Below, piece by piece: positions 19,203 through 28,580 of a stretch of DNA of 64,000 nt. The notes beneath the pieces are model-generated. The model searched no databases. It saw nothing but the letters and a program-made list of their open reading frames with translations, and was not told where the DNA came from. The DNA lies in the NCBI GenBank assembly GCA_964430555.1, contig CAYSFU010000009.1:5646-69645 (forward strand), written 5' to 3'. The stretch comes from an uncultured Nitrospira sp. (lineage in GTDB: Bacteria > Nitrospirota > Nitrospiria > Nitrospirales > Nitrospiraceae). How positions within the stretch are numbered: position 1 is the first letter of the stretch; every line of letters starts with the position of its first letter. The position numbers and the translations under genes are program-made.

Positions 19203-20530
19203 TATGCAGAAAGGGCTTGATCCTGTTCCACGCGGAGTCGTTCCGCGAGGTGCCTCCCCTGCCCGATGGCATCTTCCATGGAGGTGTGTTCCCAACGGCC
19301 ATATCGCCCGATGGAATAGATGCCTCGTCGCTCGAGCTCAGAGAGGATGGCGGGAATCGCACGTGCGCGATGGCGGTCGAAGTAGACATAGGCATAGTGC
19401 AAATCCTTCACGTCCGAGACGACGACATCGTCATTGGAGTGTAGGATGCCGGCTCGCTCCAACCCTGCCCTCGCGGTGGCGACCAGCTGCTCAACCGACT
19501 GATGTTCGGTCGGCCGGTGCGAGATCTCTACGTACATCGAGCTACAGCCGGGTTGTCCCAACGACGGGGAGAAATTCATGGGAAATCCGACTCGGTAAAA
19601 AGGAAATTCCGGTTCCGGGAAATAGAGCCAATGCTTGTCCGACACCTGCTCACGCGCCACGGCCATGTTGAGGTTATAGACCGATACCCATCGTAGCCCT
19701 TCGGCGGCTTCTTGAAGATGCTCGGGCAGATCGAGGCAGCGGCGTGCGAGCTCAGGAACCGGAATCGTCGAGACTAATGACTCATAGTGTTCGGTTCTGG
19801 TCGTGCCGTTGCGTCGATCATGGAAGCGTGCGCGTCGGCGTTTCGTATCCACCTCCAGGAGTTCGAGGTCGGTCGTCACCTCGGTGATGCCGGACAGGAA
19901 AGATTCCGGCAGGATGCTGATCCCGCCTGATGCAGGATAGAGGAACGAAGGATTGTATCCGAATGCCTTGTCCTTGATGCCCAAGGCGCCATTGATGACA
20001 TCGTTCAACTCCGGCTTCGGCACCAGCCACGACACCCAATCTGAGGTGAGCTCATCCAATGACACCTTCCACAGCTTTTCATTGAATGGAACCATAAAAT
20101 GTTTGGCCATCCCCTCTCCGAGGTTCTGCACGATCCATTGTTGGAAGGAGAGATCTTTCGGGTCACTCGCGGAGGCTGGATGCAGCAGTGTGGTGATGAA
20201 TCCCATCACGCACTCGCGTACGACTTCAGGCGGCAACCCATGGATGTTTACTTGAAAAGGATATTCCGTGTACGTGCGATGTGAATAAATAAATGACTTG
20301 CGAAGATGTGTCCGGAGTTTGTTGGCGAGCAACTGTTCAATCAGTGCCTTGATCGTCGGCTGTCGGAAATGTAACAGATGTCCCGTATAGTCGAAGGTAA
20401 ACCCGTCTTTACGATAGGACCGGCACAGCCCTCCCACCTCCGATTCGCGTTCATAGAGGCGGTATGGAAGTCCCGTAAGATGATAGGCGGTGCTCAATCC
20501 GGCAAGACCGGCGCCGACGATCAGGATCAT
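19202..20530 (-). CDS. FAD-dependent oxidoreductase (HemY/UDP-galactopyranose mutase-like)
   Basis: GAGLAGL, GGLCRS, GFTFDYTGHLLH, IGRYGRWEH. Confidence 0.75.
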   Translation of the reverse strand: MILIVGAGLAGLSTAYHLTGLPYRLYERESEVGGLCRSYRKDGFTFDYTGHLLHFRQPTIKALIEQLLANKLRTHLRKSFIYSHRTYTEYPFQVNIHGLPPEVVRECVMGFITTLLHPASASDPKDLSFQQWIVQNLGEGMAKHFMVPFNEKLWKVSLDELTSDWVSWLVPKPELNDVINGALGIKDKAFGYNPSFLYPASGGISILPESFLSGITEVTTDLELLEVDTKRRRARFHDRRNGTTRTEHYESLVSTIPVPELARRCLDLPEHLQEAAEGLRWVSVYNLNMAVAREQVSDKHWLYFPEPEFPFYRVGFPMNFSPSLGQPGCSSMYVEISHRPTEHQSVEQLVATARAGLERAGILHSNDDVVVSDVKDLHYAYVYFDRHRARAIPAILSELERRGIYSIGRYGRWEHTSMEDAIGQGRHLAERLRVEQDQALSA

Positions 20531-21573
20531 GCCGCCCGCCTTCTTTCTTCTAGAGATGGTTCAACGTCCACTGCGGTGACTTTCCTGATATCGAGTCGTT
20601 TCAACAGCAATGTCAGTGCGAGGAGCATCGTGACGGTTCCAAGGCAGAGTCCCCAGGCCATCTCGTACGGAACCATCATGAGCATGAGGCCGATGGCTCC
20701 AACGACTGCAGTGGCAAGGTAGCTGGCGATCACAATGTGTTTGGTGGACATCCCCCAATGCCTGAGTCGAATGGCAATATGGTCAGGGCTGCCCAGGAAG
20801 ATCGGGAGTCCTCGTTGATGACGGATATACATGACGAAGAAGGTATCGAAGATCGGAATACCCAAGATGAATACGGGTGTGAGCAACGACAGCGGGTGCG
20901 CACTTGGAAATTGCCCGATCATTGCCATGGCTCCCAGCAATAAGCCGATGAACATGGCTCCCGTGTCACCCATATAAATCCTGGCCGGTTGCCAATTATA
21001 TTTCAGAAAGCCGGCGAGACTTCCGATCAAGGCGGCCAACATGAAGGCAACGACTTGATCGCCCTGGAGCAGGGCTGCCAGGAGCAAACAGGCGGCGCTC
21101 ACGGCTCCCACGCCCGCAGAAAGGCCGTCCATGATATCCAAGAGGTTGAAGGCATTGATGAGCCCCACCATCCATAAGACGGTCAAGGTCAGATCCACCC
21201 ATTCCGGCAGTGCCGCGATCTGAATTCGTATACCGCTCTTGATTAAGACGAATACGGCGAGGAGCTGTCCAATCAGTTTCGTCGTGGGCGAGAGCACTCC
21301 AAAATCATCGATGAGTCCCAGCATGACCACGATAGTTGCGCCGAGAATGATACCCAGGACGTCATGTCGAAACTCAAACGTGAAGGCGAGACTCATCAAG
21401 AAAGCGAGATAAATCGCAAGCCCTCCGAAGTACGGGACCGGTTCATTCTGATGTTTGAGACGTCCATCCGGAGCGTCGACAATGCCGTATTTCAATGCGG
21501 CCTGTCTGGCGATAGGGACGCCGTACAGCGACAGGAGCAGCGCGAGCAGGAATGTCAAGCTCAACAAGTACAT
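20527..21573 (-). CDS. wecA: Undecaprenyl-phosphate HexNAc-1-phosphate transferase (WecA/MraY family)
   Basis: Multi-TM; GLIDD, NAFNLLDIMDGL, YMGDTG, PIFDT. Confidence 0.85.
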   Translation of the reverse strand: MYLLSLTFLLALLLSLYGVPIARQAALKYGIVDAPDGRLKHQNEPVPYFGGLAIYLAFLMSLAFTFEFRHDVLGIILGATIVVMLGLIDDFGVLSPTTKLIGQLLAVFVLIKSGIRIQIAALPEWVDLTLTVLWMVGLINAFNLLDIMDGLSAGVGAVSAACLLLAALLQGDQVVAFMLAALIGSLAGFLKYNWQPARIYMGDTGAMFIGLLLGAMAMIGQFPSAHPLSLLTPVFILGIPIFDTFFVMYIRHQRGLPIFLGSPDHIAIRLRHWGMSTKHIVIASYLATAVVGAIGLMLMMVPYEMAWGLCLGTVTMLLALTLLLKRLDIRKVTAVDVEPSLEERRRAA

Positions 21574-21624
21574 GACGTGTTTCTTATTGTCTATGGATGA
21601 ACATGGGATCTTGAGGCTGAATGG

Positions 21625-22755
21625 TCACGATTTGCCGTACGAGATCTGTGCGAGGCAATCCGTATACGCCTGCTCATGTTGCCGCACAACCTCTGAGATA
21701 CGATAATGTGCTTGTGCTCGCGCTCTTCCTTTCCCTCCCATGGCCTGTGCCTGTAATGGGTGATTCAAGAGCCGGTCGATCGCGTCGGCCAACGCTGCAA
21801 CATTGCCCGGCTCGACGAGCAGTCCTGTTTCGCCGGATCGGACAAACTCAGGGATTCCTCCCACTGCGGTGGCGATGACCGGTTTTCCTGCTGCCATTGC
21901 TTCGAGGATCGCAATGCCGAATCCCTCGTATAACGACGGAAGGACGAAGGCGTCCAATGCCCGCAGCACGCGGGGGATGTCTCGTCTGGATCCCGTGAAC
22001 ACAATCCAAGAAGAGAGCCCTAATTGCTCCCGCAGGATTTCCAGTTTGTGACGTGATGGCCCGTCGCCGACAATCAACACTTGGCAGGGTGGCTGCCCAT
22101 ACCTTCGAGCCAACTCAGCTATGGCCCGTAAGAGGATCGTAAGCCCTTTCTTGGGCTCGACGAGCCGGCAGACGGTTCCGATCACTTTCCCGCTCTCTTG
22201 AAGGCCGAGTTCATGTCTCGTCGCCGTTGCAGTCGGCTCAAATTGTTCGATGTCTACACCGAATGGGATGATGGTGCATCGGTCCATTGTTCCACCGATC
22301 CGAGAGGCGACCGATCGACTGACTGCGTCGGAGCAGCAGACGATGTGGTCCGTCCAATCCAGAGTGAGTCGATCCACCCAGCGCACGAGCCATCCTTCAC
22401 TGACGATTTCGTCATGATATGATGAAACGACTGGAAATGCCCGCAAAATTCGTCCGCACGCACGGGCCGCGACATTCGCCCAGAAGAGGAATGCCTGTAC
22501 AAGATCCGGCTGTTCGGCGCGAAGAAGCTTGAATAATCTCACGATGACACGGGCATCGAGTTTTCCGGCGCCGTCCAATGAGAGAACCCTGACTCCCCTT
22601 TTCCGGAGTTCCTGCACCATCGTTCCACCCGGTTTTAAGGCACAGACCGTCACCGTGAATCGTGCGCGATCAAGTCGAGAAGCCAACTCTACAATATGGG
22701 TTTCCGTTCCCCCCACCCCAAGCCCGACCGTCAGCAACATGACCTTAGCAGGCAT
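21625..22755 (-). CDS. GT4 family glycosyltransferase
   Basis: GGTETH, PSLYEGFGIAILEAMAAG. Confidence 0.92.
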   Translation of the reverse strand: MPAKVMLLTVGLGVGGTETHIVELASRLDRARFTVTVCALKPGGTMVQELRKRGVRVLSLDGAGKLDARVIVRLFKLLRAEQPDLVQAFLFWANVAARACGRILRAFPVVSSYHDEIVSEGWLVRWVDRLTLDWTDHIVCCSDAVSRSVASRIGGTMDRCTIIPFGVDIEQFEPTATATRHELGLQESGKVIGTVCRLVEPKKGLTILLRAIAELARRYGQPPCQVLIVGDGPSRHKLEILREQLGLSSWIVFTGSRRDIPRVLRALDAFVLPSLYEGFGIAILEAMAAGKPVIATAVGGIPEFVRSGETGLLVEPGNVAALADAIDRLLNHPLQAQAMGGKGRARAQAHYRISEVVRQHEQAYTDCLAQISYGKS

Positions 22756-24127
22756 AGGTGGTTCTGACGGCCTGGTGCGCTGATGAGAGAATGTCCTCAT
22801 ACCAGTCCAGATACGTTTGTACTTGCCATTGCATATTGAACGTGCGTGAAGCAATTTCCGCAGCAGTGGTCCCCATGAAGACCCGTAATCGCTCGTTCGA
22901 AAGAAGATGGGTCACGCGATCGGCCATGGCGTCCGCATCGCCGGCCGGTACGAGAAAACCGGAACGGCCCTCTTCAATCTGTTCCGGTATACCGTCGACT
23001 GCGGTGGCGACGACTGGAAGTCCGCATGCCAACGCTTCCAGTACGGTGTTGGGGAACGTATCGGATTTGGCGGCGTGCACATAGACATCTGCGGCTTGGT
23101 AATAGCGAGCCAGCGTGTGCGCGTCTTTCTGAAAATCAACAAAGTGAACCTCACCGTTCTCAAAGGCGATGGACTTCCCATGCTCTCCTAAGACCAGCAA
23201 GATCACCTTCTGTTTATGATGGATGCCTGCGACTGTGACCGCACAGCGTTCTACGGTTTGATAGTCTTTAAAGATATTGCTTCTGGCTTTATTGGCGACA
23301 AAGAGCAGGATCGAGACATCCGCTGGGAGCCCACACGCCATACGTGCCGCCCGTTGTGAGCCGGGATGAAAGTAGGACAGATCGACCCCGTTGGGAATGA
23401 CTCGGCTTTGAACGATTGCGGGTGCCAACATGGATTGTTCCACTTGACGCAGGAGCCATCGAGAGGGCGTTGCGACGTAGAGACGGCTGGCACGATAGAT
23501 TTCTCGTTTGCGTTGCCAATTCTCGGCCGTGCCGTCTCTCGCTATCGACGGATAGATTGAAAGATCGGGACAATGGCCACACCCTGTTTTCCATCGGTCA
23601 CATCCGAGGGTATAGGCACAATGTCCGCTCAACATCCAGGTATCGTGCAGGGTCATGACGGTCGGAATATTTCGGCACAGCTCCGGGAGAGCTCTCAAAT
23701 CAAAGTAACCGCCACGTGGAAGCCAGCCGCCGTGCAGATTATGGTAATGAAGGATGTCCGGGCGACTGGGCGAGAGGTCGAGGAGTCTCCAGGTTTCTGG
23801 AAATTGGAAGTGGTCTCTTCCTAAACAGGCATCCCACCAGTTCCGTGGGTTCGCCACATACGCTTCGAGCCAGCGGCGCATCCGCCAGATGCCACGAAGA
23901 TGTCCTTCATACGTGGCCAGCCATCGGCTGACGTTGATAATGAAGGAATGTTCTGTGTGATGAGAGTCAAGTTGAGAGAGAGGCATGATCTGATGATCAT
24001 GGCCGACCTTCTCACCGACGACCATGATGGAATCATGGCCTCGGCGCCGGTAGTGTTCAAAGAGCCGCCAGGCAATGGATTCAGCGCCACCTCCCTGATC
24101 GTACGTGCTGACCTGGAGTATTCGCAT
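22745..24127 (-). CDS. GT4 family glycosyltransferase (WcaC-like)
   Basis: GGGAE, HYHNLHGG, TLHDTWMLSGHC, CGHCPDL, DTFPNTVLEALACG. Confidence 0.9.
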   Translation of the reverse strand: MRILQVSTYDQGGGAESIAWRLFEHYRRRGHDSIMVVGEKVGHDHQIMPLSQLDSHHTEHSFIINVSRWLATYEGHLRGIWRMRRWLEAYVANPRNWWDACLGRDHFQFPETWRLLDLSPSRPDILHYHNLHGGWLPRGGYFDLRALPELCRNIPTVMTLHDTWMLSGHCAYTLGCDRWKTGCGHCPDLSIYPSIARDGTAENWQRKREIYRASRLYVATPSRWLLRQVEQSMLAPAIVQSRVIPNGVDLSYFHPGSQRAARMACGLPADVSILLFVANKARSNIFKDYQTVERCAVTVAGIHHKQKVILLVLGEHGKSIAFENGEVHFVDFQKDAHTLARYYQAADVYVHAAKSDTFPNTVLEALACGLPVVATAVDGIPEQIEEGRSGFLVPAGDADAMADRVTHLLSNERLRVFMGTTAAEIASRTFNMQWQVQTYLDWYEDILSSAHQAVRTTYAC

Positions 24128-24144
24128 TCGCTTAGATTACATGG

Positions 24145-25089
24145 CTAGACCACGAATCCAGAAATCATTCTCCATTCTGTGCCGCTCCAGACGACCACGT
24201 TACTTGGAAAGGTCAGTCCTGACCACTGCGTCAGCTTCCGAATCCATTGTGACATTGGGTCAAGAGACAGGTGACGGCAGGCTTTCCACACGATTCCTCG
24301 CAGAACTGCCTCAGGCCATGGACAGGGGGCGCCTCCATTCCGTTGTAGGACCATTTCAGCTTCAGCAAGGTATTGATCCATGTGTAAGACCGATCGTTGA
24401 TTCCCATGAGACCGAAAACCGCCTAATGGGATCATGACCCCATAGAGGTCGCTATGCCGATAAAATCTTGCCCACAGATCAAAGTCGGCTGCCAAGTGGA
24501 GAGTGGTATCCAGCCGCCCACCGGCTTGTTCCCACAATGATCGTCGCCAGAATGTTGATTCCTGTTGAATAAAGCGCCGTTGAAAGGATTCCTTCGTCGG
24601 CAGATTGCCTCCCTTCAAGAAGGATGTTCGATTGAATCCTCCGCAGAAATTAATGGATGTGGCCTGCCCTTTCGCATTCCATCCGAGTGCCTGCACCGTA
24701 CTGAGCCACTGGATCTCAGGAAACTGTGTGAAGATGTCTCGTACGACGGAGAACGCCCATGGAGTATATTTATCGTCGCTGTTGATCCAGGCCATGATGT
24801 CTCCCGTCGTGTGAGAGAAGCCTGTATTGATTGCATCATAGGGTCCCTGATCAGGTTTACTGATCCAATACCTCAACCGTCCAGCATGCTGCTTGATCAG
24901 ATCGATACTGCCATCAGTCGACCCTCCGTCGATAATGACATACTCACAATTGGGATCTCGTTGTGACCATACGGAGTCGATCGTTTCTTGAAGAAACGAG
25001 ACCTGATTGTAAGATGGTGTGACGATCGATATTTTCAACGACGCTGTATGCACGTGGGCTCGTTCGACACTCCGCTCAATGCGGAACAA
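24145..25089 (-). CDS. GT2 family glycosyltransferase
   Basis: ISIVTPSYNQ, IDGGSTDGS, WINSDD, FWRRSLW, ADFDLW. Confidence 0.92.
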   Translation of the reverse strand: MFRIERSVERAHVHTASLKISIVTPSYNQVSFLQETIDSVWSQRDPNCEYVIIDGGSTDGSIDLIKQHAGRLRYWISKPDQGPYDAINTGFSHTTGDIMAWINSDDKYTPWAFSVVRDIFTQFPEIQWLSTVQALGWNAKGQATSINFCGGFNRTSFLKGGNLPTKESFQRRFIQQESTFWRRSLWEQAGGRLDTTLHLAADFDLWARFYRHSDLYGVMIPLGGFRSHGNQRSVLHMDQYLAEAEMVLQRNGGAPCPWPEAVLRGIVWKACRHLSLDPMSQWIRKLTQWSGLTFPSNVVVWSGTEWRMISGFVV

Positions 25090-25184
25090 TGGAATCGCTG
25101 ATTCTGTCGCTTCCGTTGCTCAGGAGTGGCATAAAAATGGATTTGCCGGAGTCGAGCAGGCTCGCCATCGATCGAGTTTGTCGA

Positions 25185-26063
25185 TCATGGCTTGACTGCC
25201 TCCATAAACAGTGAGTCAGGTTTTCGTACGTCTCCGTTCACCACATCCAAGTTGTAGGAATAAAACGCGTCCATCCGACTTTCAAAGGCCGTGCAACGTC
25301 GGATGTCGGAAAATCCACAGTGTTCGAGTAATTGTTTCAGTGAGAACTGGTCGTACATCCACCGATGGCATTCACCGGATGATCGAAATAATCCCTCTTG
25401 GACAGCCGACCGCCCACGTCGCCCGATCAGGAAGCTGCAGACTCCTGTCACAAGCCGCTCTTGGAAAGCCGTGAAGGCATGCTGAAACCGTTGGCTGTTT
25501 GAGTTGTCCGATGACTTGCGGTGAGATTCACTCGAACGACCTTGGCTTTCACTATCTTGCTTGAAATAAGGAGTAGCTTCGGATCCAATTCTCGATGTGA
25601 CATAGTCGACATTCTGTGAGGCCCGACTCCTGAGGTACCGTCCCATCTCACCACCGGACTCCACACGCACCAGTTGATCCAGTAATTCAAGCGAAATCCA
25701 TTCATACTGTTTTACTGCCACTTGATCTCCCGCTTGCGCGTGGGCCAATACACGGAGGTATTCACGTACGATTGCCTCGAGGTCTGGGACGGCCAATCGA
25801 ACGACCCCACCTGAGCGAAGCACGCGAAGACACTCTCGCAATAATCTTCGAGCCTCTTCCATCGGAAGATGTTCCAGGAGATGCGAGGCATAGCACCCGT
25901 CAACAGACCCATCATCGAACGGAAGCCCGTTCTCGACATTCCATGCTTGGATCTCCGAACTCAGAGGGCGTACGTCCAGGTTGATCCAATCTGAATGCCA
26001 GACCGAACCACAGCCGAGATTGACCAACACGGGAGGTATTGAGCCGGATCCATGCTTGTTCAC
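25185..26063 (-). CDS. Class I SAM-dependent methyltransferase
   Basis: VNLGCG, SHLLEHL, RVLRSGGVVRLAVPDL. Confidence 0.88.
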   Translation of the reverse strand: MNKHGSGSIPPVLVNLGCGSVWHSDWINLDVRPLSSEIQAWNVENGLPFDDGSVDGCYASHLLEHLPMEEARRLLRECLRVLRSGGVVRLAVPDLEAIVREYLRVLAHAQAGDQVAVKQYEWISLELLDQLVRVESGGEMGRYLRSRASQNVDYVTSRIGSEATPYFKQDSESQGRSSESHRKSSDNSNSQRFQHAFTAFQERLVTGVCSFLIGRRGRSAVQEGLFRSSGECHRWMYDQFSLKQLLEHCGFSDIRRCTAFESRMDAFYSYNLDVVNGDVRKPDSLFMEAVKP

Positions 26064-26833
26064 AATGGCTTCATTCCGATTCGGCCTGTATAGTCGATTT
26101 CGTAGAGCCGCATCGTGATCCGATGTTGATGCATATACTCGTCAACAGCCAGGCGGGCACCCTGCCAGTGACCATAATCATCGATAATCAACACTCCGCC
26201 AGGAGAAAGTTTGGGAAAGAGTATCTCCAATTCATGCTTGGTCGATGCATACCAGTCGGTGTCTAAGCGCAAGAGCGAGATGTGCTCAGGCGTTGAGACC
26301 GTCAATGTCTGTTCAACCGGGCCTGGAACGAAATGGAGATGGGATGCAGCGTACTGTGTGAGGGAAAGGGACTGAATCACTTGTTCTATCGGGGCATAGC
26401 ACCACATCATATCGTCTTCAGTCTTCGCCGATTGCTTCAGCAGATGTTCTGCAGAATCTCCTTTCAAGGAGATATCGAGAGGCCCTGGTTGGGTCATGCC
26501 TTCAAAGGTGTCGAAGAGATACAGGTCGCGGGCTGTTCCTCCATCGTTGATGAGTGTTCGCGCAACCGCCATCATACTTCCTCCGCGCCAGACACCGCAT
26601 TCCACCACCGCTCCTTCGATCCCTGCCTGTTCGATGTATCGAACCGCTGAACAGAGTGCGCGAATCCGTTGCGGAGACGTCATGGTATAGGGCTGGACGA
26701 ATTGAACTGTTTCATCGTCGCATGGTCGCCTGTACTGAAGCGCCGGGCAGGCGTCATCGCCTACGATGGGGTGGTAGCTTGTATGCCATTGCGCGACGAG
26801 GGCATGCAGAGGACCAATCAGTTTCTCCAACAC
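26060..26833 (-). CDS. TylF/MycF/NovP-family sugar O-methyltransferase
   Basis: YTMTS, VECGVWRGGS, LFDTFEG, LRLDTDWYAST, IIDDYG. Confidence 0.92.
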   Translation of the reverse strand: MLEKLIGPLHALVAQWHTSYHPIVGDDACPALQYRRPCDDETVQFVQPYTMTSPQRIRALCSAVRYIEQAGIEGAVVECGVWRGGSMMAVARTLINDGGTARDLYLFDTFEGMTQPGPLDISLKGDSAEHLLKQSAKTEDDMMWCYAPIEQVIQSLSLTQYAASHLHFVPGPVEQTLTVSTPEHISLLRLDTDWYASTKHELEILFPKLSPGGVLIIDDYGHWQGARLAVDEYMHQHRITMRLYEIDYTGRIGMKPL

Positions 26834-26863
26834 GGTGACCTCATCAATGAGAGAGGATGATAC

Positions 26864-27544
26864 CTACGGATTTCGAAGGATGATGAGGGAATCTCGCTGG
26901 AGAAGGCCCAGGTCGACGCAGAGCACTTCCCACCCAGCTTCAGTTGAAAGCTTCGCCATGACCTGTTGATCATTGCGCGGCCACCAAATATCTTCGTCGC
27001 GCTGAAACTTGAACGCCTGTGGAACACCTCCACGATTCCAGCCAAACCGTTCCAGTTTGATCCAATCTCCATATTGATGAACGGAGATCGCACCCCGCTT
27101 CATCTTGCATCGAGCCGAGCGAAGGATGTCGAGAATCGAGGCCGATTCGTTATGACAGAGCACCCCGAACGACCAGAAGAGATCAAAATACTCGTTCGGC
27201 AATTCTCTGAAACGATTGTCCTGCACATGGTGACAAGTCAATCGTCCGGGATAGGCGTCCGGACGTAACCACTGAGTGACATCTTGGAAATCGGCCGTGT
27301 GCAGTGTGCCATCAGGAATGAACCGGAGAATCGCGCGAGACCAGGACCCTCTACCAGGACCTAATTCAAACACCCGTGAGCTCGGGTTCAGATAAGGTCG
27401 TAGCGCCTTGTTGAACACCTGTCGATAGGATCCTCCGATTTTCCGCTCCTCGGACAGTCGTACCCATCCCGGGATCCAGGACAGTACGTCGCCACTATCG
27501 TAGCCGTAACGGAATTCTTCTTGTAGCCAACTATGTGTCGGCAT
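26864..27544 (-). CDS. Class I SAM-dependent methyltransferase
   Basis: VFELGPGRGSW, FDLFWSFGVLCH. Confidence 0.8.
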   Translation of the reverse strand: MPTHSWLQEEFRYGYDSGDVLSWIPGWVRLSEERKIGGSYRQVFNKALRPYLNPSSRVFELGPGRGSWSRAILRFIPDGTLHTADFQDVTQWLRPDAYPGRLTCHHVQDNRFRELPNEYFDLFWSFGVLCHNESASILDILRSARCKMKRGAISVHQYGDWIKLERFGWNRGGVPQAFKFQRDEDIWWPRNDQQVMAKLSTEAGWEVLCVDLGLLQRDSLIILRNP

Positions 27545-27572
27545 GGGCGAACACGTGTCCTTTCTATGGTTC

Positions 27573-28520
27573 CTACTTCAGGAAAGAAGATTCGGTCCGT
27601 TTCATTCTACCCAGCACCATACGGAGTCGCGAAGTCATTTCAGCTATCTTGCTTTCTTGCCTGTGACCAGTCACCCGACTAAAAAATGAGCGGATTTCGT
27701 TTCGTGCCACAGGCGATTCTTCGATCTGATCGGAAAAGTGCCATGCCGCAGATTCGCTCAGGCATATGTCAAACTGAGACGATGCGCGGCAATGCATCCC
27801 GCTCCCATCCATCCCGATGTTTTGCACTAGTGACTGACCAGGATAGAGGCAGAGTCCCTTTGCCGCGAACATGCTGGCATACCATCGAACTCCCCATACA
27901 TCCAGTTGGCCAGCGGCGTGGAGTTTGAGCTGTGCGAAATAGGGATAAGCTTCATCAACATCGAAGCTATTCTGGTCTGCTTTCGTACTTAATTGAGCCA
28001 GTAGTTGAGTCGAGTCAGGCGTGAACTGTTTCCAGGCTCGATGCCATGTGCCCCATCCCCAACTGGCTGGAACAGAAAAAAAGAATGTGGAGGCAAGGTG
28101 TTCAGGATGTTCAACGGGGAAGCGATAGCCTGATACCGTCATGACTCGTGAAGCTTGCTCATAGTGCTCAAGCGCCTGATTCATAAAGGTCAGAAATCTT
28201 GGTGCCACGATGAGATCATCTTCGAGCACGATGACGGACCCATACCGAGCAGATAACTCTGTAACACCGGCGATGATCGAACGTGCCAACCCGATATTGG
28301 CTGTCTGTTCATGAATGGTGACCTCCGCAAACCCCATGGTTTTTCTGATTATTTGTCGGACCTGAGCAACGGCAGGTTCGTCACGTGGCATTTTTGGCCC
28401 GTCGCTATAGATGTAAAGCCTACTCTGGTGAGCCAAGGGATTATTTTGTAATGCTTGGAGGGTTTGAGTGAGGTGAAACGGCCGATTGTAGACAAACAGA
28501 GCGATAGGAGCAGGATCCAT
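27573..28520 (-). CDS. GT-A fold glycosyltransferase
   Basis: PIALFVYNRP, YSDGPK, IVLEDDL, SWGWGTW, VQNIGMDGSG. Confidence 0.85.
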   Translation of the reverse strand: MDPAPIALFVYNRPFHLTQTLQALQNNPLAHQSRLYIYSDGPKMPRDEPAVAQVRQIIRKTMGFAEVTIHEQTANIGLARSIIAGVTELSARYGSVIVLEDDLIVAPRFLTFMNQALEHYEQASRVMTVSGYRFPVEHPEHLASTFFFSVPASWGWGTWHRAWKQFTPDSTQLLAQLSTKADQNSFDVDEAYPYFAQLKLHAAGQLDVWGVRWYASMFAAKGLCLYPGQSLVQNIGMDGSGMHCRASSQFDICLSESAAWHFSDQIEESPVARNEIRSFFSRVTGHRQESKIAEMTSRLRMVLGRMKRTESSFLK

Positions 28521-28580
28521 GTGGGTATTTCCTCCTGGAGCAATACCGTGTGCCGCTCAGGATGCTGATTTCTTCGAGAC

